From the IMG/VR virus record IMGVR_UViG_3300045999_011383: DNA of 64,000 nt; one strand, given 5' to 3'. Below, in pieces: positions 60,456 to 64,000 of this stretch. Below the pieces are notes generated by a model. It was not told the origin of the DNA and searched no databases. It was given only the letters and a program-made list of their open reading frames with translations. How positions within the stretch are numbered: the stretch's first letter is position 1; each line of letters begins with the position of its first letter. Origin of the DNA: a virus. The position numbers and the translations under genes are program-made.

Positions 60456-61310
60456 TTATGCCAAGAAAGAATTGATAGTGATTGTACCTGTTTCTGCACT
60501 GCTTGTGGGTGTAAATGCGTTTGGAGTTACTGCGTATGCCCACAAAGAAGTGCTATTTGCGGCTAATTTAACCTGCCTGTTGATGTTTGATGCCATAGCA
60601 AAAAAGCTACCACCACCTCTCATCGTTGCAATTGATAAGGTAATTCCATCTTCAGTTAAGTGAAAGTCTCTATCAGCAGATGCACCATTAAAAACAAGAT
60701 TGTCAGCGATCGCGGATGGAGGTGAAGCACTGTATAAATAAATTACAAGGCTAGTCATCCCGCTGGGAGGCGTGGAAGTATTGAACATTATTTTTATATT
60801 ATTAATAAAAATATTACCCCCACTAGAACCAACATTTGACAGTTCGATTATTGAGCCATATACGTCATTAGCTGTATAAGCAGTTGCTCCCGATGGTCTT
60901 TGAATAGTTGCGGTACTAGCAAATCCAGTTCCGTTGCTTAATGCCCTAGAGATAGCAGACAGCCATCCCAGGATACCTCCCCCACCCGCGGGCATGGTTG
61001 CATCAGTGATTTGAGTACCAAAACTAATTTGATTCGTTACGTCTACTGGTAATCTGTTATTTATCGGTGAAGGTAATCTGTCGGTAATTGTTTTCCAAAT
61101 AGCTGATACCCACCCCAGGATACCTCCCCCACCCGCGGGCATGGTTGCATCGGTGATTTGAGTACCAAAGTCTACAGTAGTAGTACCACCTCCCCCTGTA
61201 CCACCACCCTCTACTTGAACGATGGGAATATAAGGAGAATCAGGCGTACCTTCTCCTGTGGCCTTGACATATTCCGCCGTTCCTCTTACTCCTAAAATAG
61301 GCTGATTCAT
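60456..61310 (-). CDS. fibre-like structural protein, paralog of 62820..63407, with internal Gly-rich duplication
   Basis: Shared N- and C-termini with the 195-aa ORF. Insertion carries 2 x FGTQITDATMPAGGGGILGW. Confidence 0.55.
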   Translation of the reverse strand: MNQPILGVRGTAEYVKATGEGTPDSPYIPIVQVEGGGTGGGGTTTVDFGTQITDATMPAGGGGILGWVSAIWKTITDRLPSPINNRLPVDVTNQISFGTQITDATMPAGGGGILGWLSAISRALSNGTGFASTATIQRPSGATAYTANDVYGSIIELSNVGSSGGNIFINNIKIMFNTSTPPSGMTSLVIYLYSASPPSAIADNLVFNGASADRDFHLTEDGITLSIATMRGGGSFFAMASNINRQVKLAANSTSLWAYAVTPNAFTPTSSAETGTITINSFLA

Positions 61311-61357
61311 TGCTTTATTTTACAAGAATATTGGTTCAATGTTAGCACAAAATCATA

Positions 61358-62284
61358 TTAATTTGCTACTCTCATTAATATGTAATCTCCTGTTAGATCC
61401 TGTGCATTAGTGTTACCTAATCTACCAACTACAACACAATGAATTACGCCATGGTTTTTGTATGCTGATGTGGCATTAGCCATATTTAAAGATACAATAT
61501 CCCCTAATTGAGGGGCTGGTTCAGTGCCGTCAACTTTCCATTTAAAAACATTAGGAATATAGCCTAGCGGGACTGTATTTAAAGTTGGTCGCCTAAGATA
61601 TAATTCAACCTCGCTTTGGGTGGCTGTACCGTTAATTTTTGTGTGAGCATAATTAGCGATCGCCCCTGTAGTTGCCACCAAAAGATTGTCTACTAAAGTT
61701 CCTGCTGAACACTGATTTTGGAGTAACGAATTAGAAAATCCCTCAGATGCTCTGCCAGTATAAAAACAATAGGAATTAAGTGGAAAAGCAAAATCTGAAT
61801 TACTCAAAACTCCATTACTAAAAAAGTAATAATTAAGTGCATTTTTAAATATAAAAATGCTAAAAGATGAATTGTTTGCAACCATCCAACAAATTATTTG
61901 AGAATTTGTTGACGGGTTCATCAGAGCCGTACTACCATAAACCCTGGTTAAATTTTCGTGAAATATAACAGATGCTGCATCCGGCGGATCAAAGCCTATC
62001 GAACGCATAAGAAAAATAAATCTAGTTGTATTTGGGTTAACAATACCAGGCCAAGAATTGAAGCCAGGTGTGGTTATAGTTCCAGCAAGGGTTTCTTGAG
62101 TAATATTTGGCCTCCAATCAATTCTAAAAAAGAAGTTAGAAGCATCAAAAAAAGTCCCATTAGCTCTATCATTAGAACCCAGTGCTTGCCTGATACAAGT
62201 TAATATTTCAGCCCAGTTAATAGGCGTAGTCCCAAATTTACTACCTATATAATAATTTCCAAAGGCATCATTAAAAATAGTCAT
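61358..62284 (-). CDS. hypothetical tail-module protein (308 aa)
   Basis: Long ORF with an ATGA overlap. Confidence 0.5.
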   Translation of the reverse strand: MTIFNDAFGNYYIGSKFGTTPINWAEILTCIRQALGSNDRANGTFFDASNFFFRIDWRPNITQETLAGTITTPGFNSWPGIVNPNTTRFIFLMRSIGFDPPDAASVIFHENLTRVYGSTALMNPSTNSQIICWMVANNSSFSIFIFKNALNYYFFSNGVLSNSDFAFPLNSYCFYTGRASEGFSNSLLQNQCSAGTLVDNLLVATTGAIANYAHTKINGTATQSEVELYLRRPTLNTVPLGYIPNVFKWKVDGTEPAPQLGDIVSLNMANATSAYKNHGVIHCVVVGRLGNTNAQDLTGDYILMRVAN

Positions 62285-62814
62285 GATAAAGCCCCTTTGC
62301 TTTGCTCTTCAAAGCTTAATGATTGTATTAAGGTAAGTGTATTTTTGTTTTGTTCTTCAAAATTTAGTAAACTAACTTGCTGGGATATAAATATTTTTTG
62401 TTCTGTAAAGGTTGCGGTTATTTCCCATAAGTTAGCTCCTTGATTTGTGGCACTCCATTTATCACAGATAAAATCTTTATACCCAAAAGCATCACTAGGT
62501 CGCCATTGAAATCTAGCAAAACCCCCGTACTGTTTGAATGTAGATACAATCTCATCTTTTAAGATTGTACTTAAATCGGGAATTGCTATTTCATAAGTTG
62601 CTCTCACAGAATCAGGGTTAATTACTGTTTGGCTGTAATTGTCTCCTAATTTAGTAGTCTGCTGAAATATTGTTTTGCTACCAGAATAACTCCATTTTAT
62701 AGGTGGTAAACTCAAGATAGGTGCATTGGAACTGGGTGGCGGAAAAAATGTTGTACCACTTATTGCACCCTTGCTTTGTTGCTCAAACTCTAGCGCGGCT
62801 ATTGGATTAATCAT
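62281..62814 (-). CDS. gpM-like minor tail protein (tentative)
   Basis: GDNYSQTV...YEIAIPDL...IVSTFKQYGGFARFQWRP...FICDKWS...WEITATFTEQ follows the gpM family pattern. Confidence 0.4.
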   Translation of the reverse strand: MINPIAALEFEQQSKGAISGTTFFPPPSSNAPILSLPPIKWSYSGSKTIFQQTTKLGDNYSQTVINPDSVRATYEIAIPDLSTILKDEIVSTFKQYGGFARFQWRPSDAFGYKDFICDKWSATNQGANLWEITATFTEQKIFISQQVSLLNFEEQNKNTLTLIQSLSFEEQSKGALS

Positions 62815-62819
62815 GTTGA

Positions 62820-63407
62820 CTACTTAGCGTATAATCGAACTATAAAACTACTACTAGCATTATGACTAAAGGCAGATAAACTTACCAAGTATCCCCATAG
62901 AGACGTACTGGCATTGGACAACTTAAACATTGAATTAATCAAGATTGTTTCAGTTACAACTGTTCCCCCGCCCCTGGCTAAGTTTGCAGTTAAGGCAATT
63001 CCATTTAATGTTAACAAGGATGCTCTGTTGTTGGTAGGAACACTAAATAATTCATTGTTAGCAAATGTGGTTGCAGGACTAGAATTGAATAAGTACAGCG
63101 CAAAATCGCTCATACCAGTGGGTAGGGTTGCTAAGTCAAAGACAATGCTCACACTAGTTAATTCAATGATCCCCCCACTATTTCCAATATTAGGAATTTG
63201 GAATAAGTTGCCATAAACTTTGTTAATATCATAAGCTGTTGTTGTGGCTGGTTTAGTGACAGTAACCTCAGAAAAATATTTAGGATTACTGACAACTAAG
63301 TTATTAGCAACTGTAAATGCTGGTATGTAAGGCGTGGCTAAACTGCCATCGCCATCTGCCTCTCTGTACTGTGTGTTTCCATTTGGACCAATATAAGGCT
63401 GTGCCAT
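62820..63407 (-). CDS. fibre-like structural protein, paralog of 60456..61310
   Basis: MAQPYIGPNGNTQYREADGDGSLATPYIPAFTV compared with MNQPILGVRGTAEYVKATGEGTPDSPYIPIVQV. The C-termini are also collinear. Confidence 0.55.
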   Translation of the reverse strand: MAQPYIGPNGNTQYREADGDGSLATPYIPAFTVANNLVVSNPKYFSEVTVTKPATTTAYDINKVYGNLFQIPNIGNSGGIIELTSVSIVFDLATLPTGMSDFALYLFNSSPATTFANNELFSVPTNNRASLLTLNGIALTANLARGGGTVVTETILINSMFKLSNASTSLWGYLVSLSAFSHNASSSFIVRLYAK

Positions 63408-63999
63408 TAAAATTCTCCTGCAAAGAATGAGTTGTTTTTGTTATTAAAAGAAGAGACTAACTTAGCACCAAGATTATTAGCTTGAATAAAGATACTAACC
63501 TTGTTATTTGTGGTTACAGCCGCTATTCTGACAATATAATCGCCAATGGTTAAATTGTCCCATCTAGCTGAAAGTTCCGCTGTTTCTAATATGCTATTCC
63601 ATTCAGATCCTTCACTTTTTTTGTATTGTATTCTGTAGTTTTTGATGTAAGGTTCTTCTATCAATCTTACACTATTAATACTTCCTGTGACTGGACTTGG
63701 TGCGGAATTTGAAACAGTAAAACTAAATTGAGTATTACTGATCTTTGTAATAATAAATCTGCTGTTGTAAGCTGATTGATCCGCTCCACTAATTTGAATT
63801 AAATCATTGGTTTGATAGTTGTGATTGGCTGTTGTGGTCGCGATCGCACTACCATTAAAAACAGTCAGACTGGAAACACTAAGCTTAGTTCCAAAATCTT
63901 CCCTATAAGGTCGTTGCCATGAAGCTAGTAAAGAATAAGTATCAATATTATTGATGCTAATTTTTATTAGCTCTACAGAAAAATTATTAGGTGGTGCAA
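63407..63999 (-). pseudogene. tail fibre/FN3-like gene running off the window, apparently frameshifted near 63840
   Basis: One minus frame is open from the window edge to a TAA at 63799-63801. A second frame is open from 63847 to 63407 but has no start before a TTG at 63664. The joined reading ..LTVFNGSAI|ATTTANHNYQTNDLIQISG.. is continuous. Confidence 0.4.
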
Positions 64000-64000
64000 C

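Noticed and set aside
519-60663. Numerous ORFs antisense to or shadowing strong genes, e.g. 519..710, 789..1037, 3444..3710, 5571..5789, 7756..8148, 9814..10011, 12120..12323, 15125..15313, 19344..19532, 22234..22587, 24523..24780, 35633..35896, 43721..44255, 45421..45633, 51819..52010, 53175..53495, 59805..60663, 61958..62203 and 62914..63216.
   Set aside because: Each is embedded in a longer ORF with recognisable motifs or operon context on the other strand or frame. Their products are low-complexity and lack ribosome-binding context.
63799-63850. A programmed -1 ribosomal frameshift joining the two tail-fibre frames.
   Set aside because: The 48-nt overlap (tgcgatccgaccacaacagccaatcacaactatcaaaccaatgatttaa) contains no X-XXY-YYZ slippery heptamer. 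A 1-nt indel in a HIP1-like site explains the junction better.
1-63999. A search by eye for cas1, cas2, cas4, cas6/csf5, dinG, integrase, large terminase, portal, capsid, tRNA and rRNA genes.
   Set aside because: No ORF with the corresponding motifs and no tRNA-like T-arm/cloverleaf or rRNA segments were recognised. Absence is stated with the caveat that only manual motif recognition was possible.

Overview
All calls come from reading the sequence and the ORF track; no searches were run. The window is densely packed and rich in HIP1 (GCGATCGC). It looks like a cyanobacterial phage, prophage or phage-plasmid rather than core chromosome. Recognisable modules:
- **Early cassettes (1-4400):** a near-consensus promoter repeated 7 times and a terminator repeated 4 times, driving small genes. 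These include an R-S-E ADP-ribosyltransferase and a protein ending in an SSB-tail-like DPDDIPF.
- **Accessory genes:** KilA-N/antirepressor genes and four orphan DNA methyltransferases.
- **Membrane/ATPase block (12-16.5 kb):** small membrane proteins plus P-loop ATPases.
- **Nucleotide/replication genes:** dnaN, a thymidylate-synthase-like gene and an AAA+ ATPase.
- **Switch and replication:** an XRE/RHH switch region, then an initiator with internal iterons plus DnaB.
- **Tail module (58-64 kb):** lambda gpL/gpM-like proteins, a LamG protein and fibre paralogs.

No capsid or terminase-large genes, tRNA or rRNA were recognised.

The standout is 22.95-32.4 kb. It holds a CRISPR array of 16 repeats (37 nt) and 15 spacers. 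Beside it lies a 624-aa TnpB-like/Cas12 effector with intact RuvC residues. About 2 kb further is a five-gene, translationally coupled operon that reads as type IV-B: a Cas11-like protein (tentative), Csf2, Csf3, a CysH-like PAPS reductase and Csf1. No cas1, cas2, cas4, cas6 or dinG was found anywhere in the window. Around the array are candidate guide-scaffold elements: a perfect 14-nt inverted partial repeat, two spacerless degenerate repeats and a hairpin-dense ORF-free spacer. The island ends in a duplicated copy of the replication-origin iterons. One array with a class 2 and a class 1 effector module and no adaptation genes, on a mobile element, is the candidate novel system.
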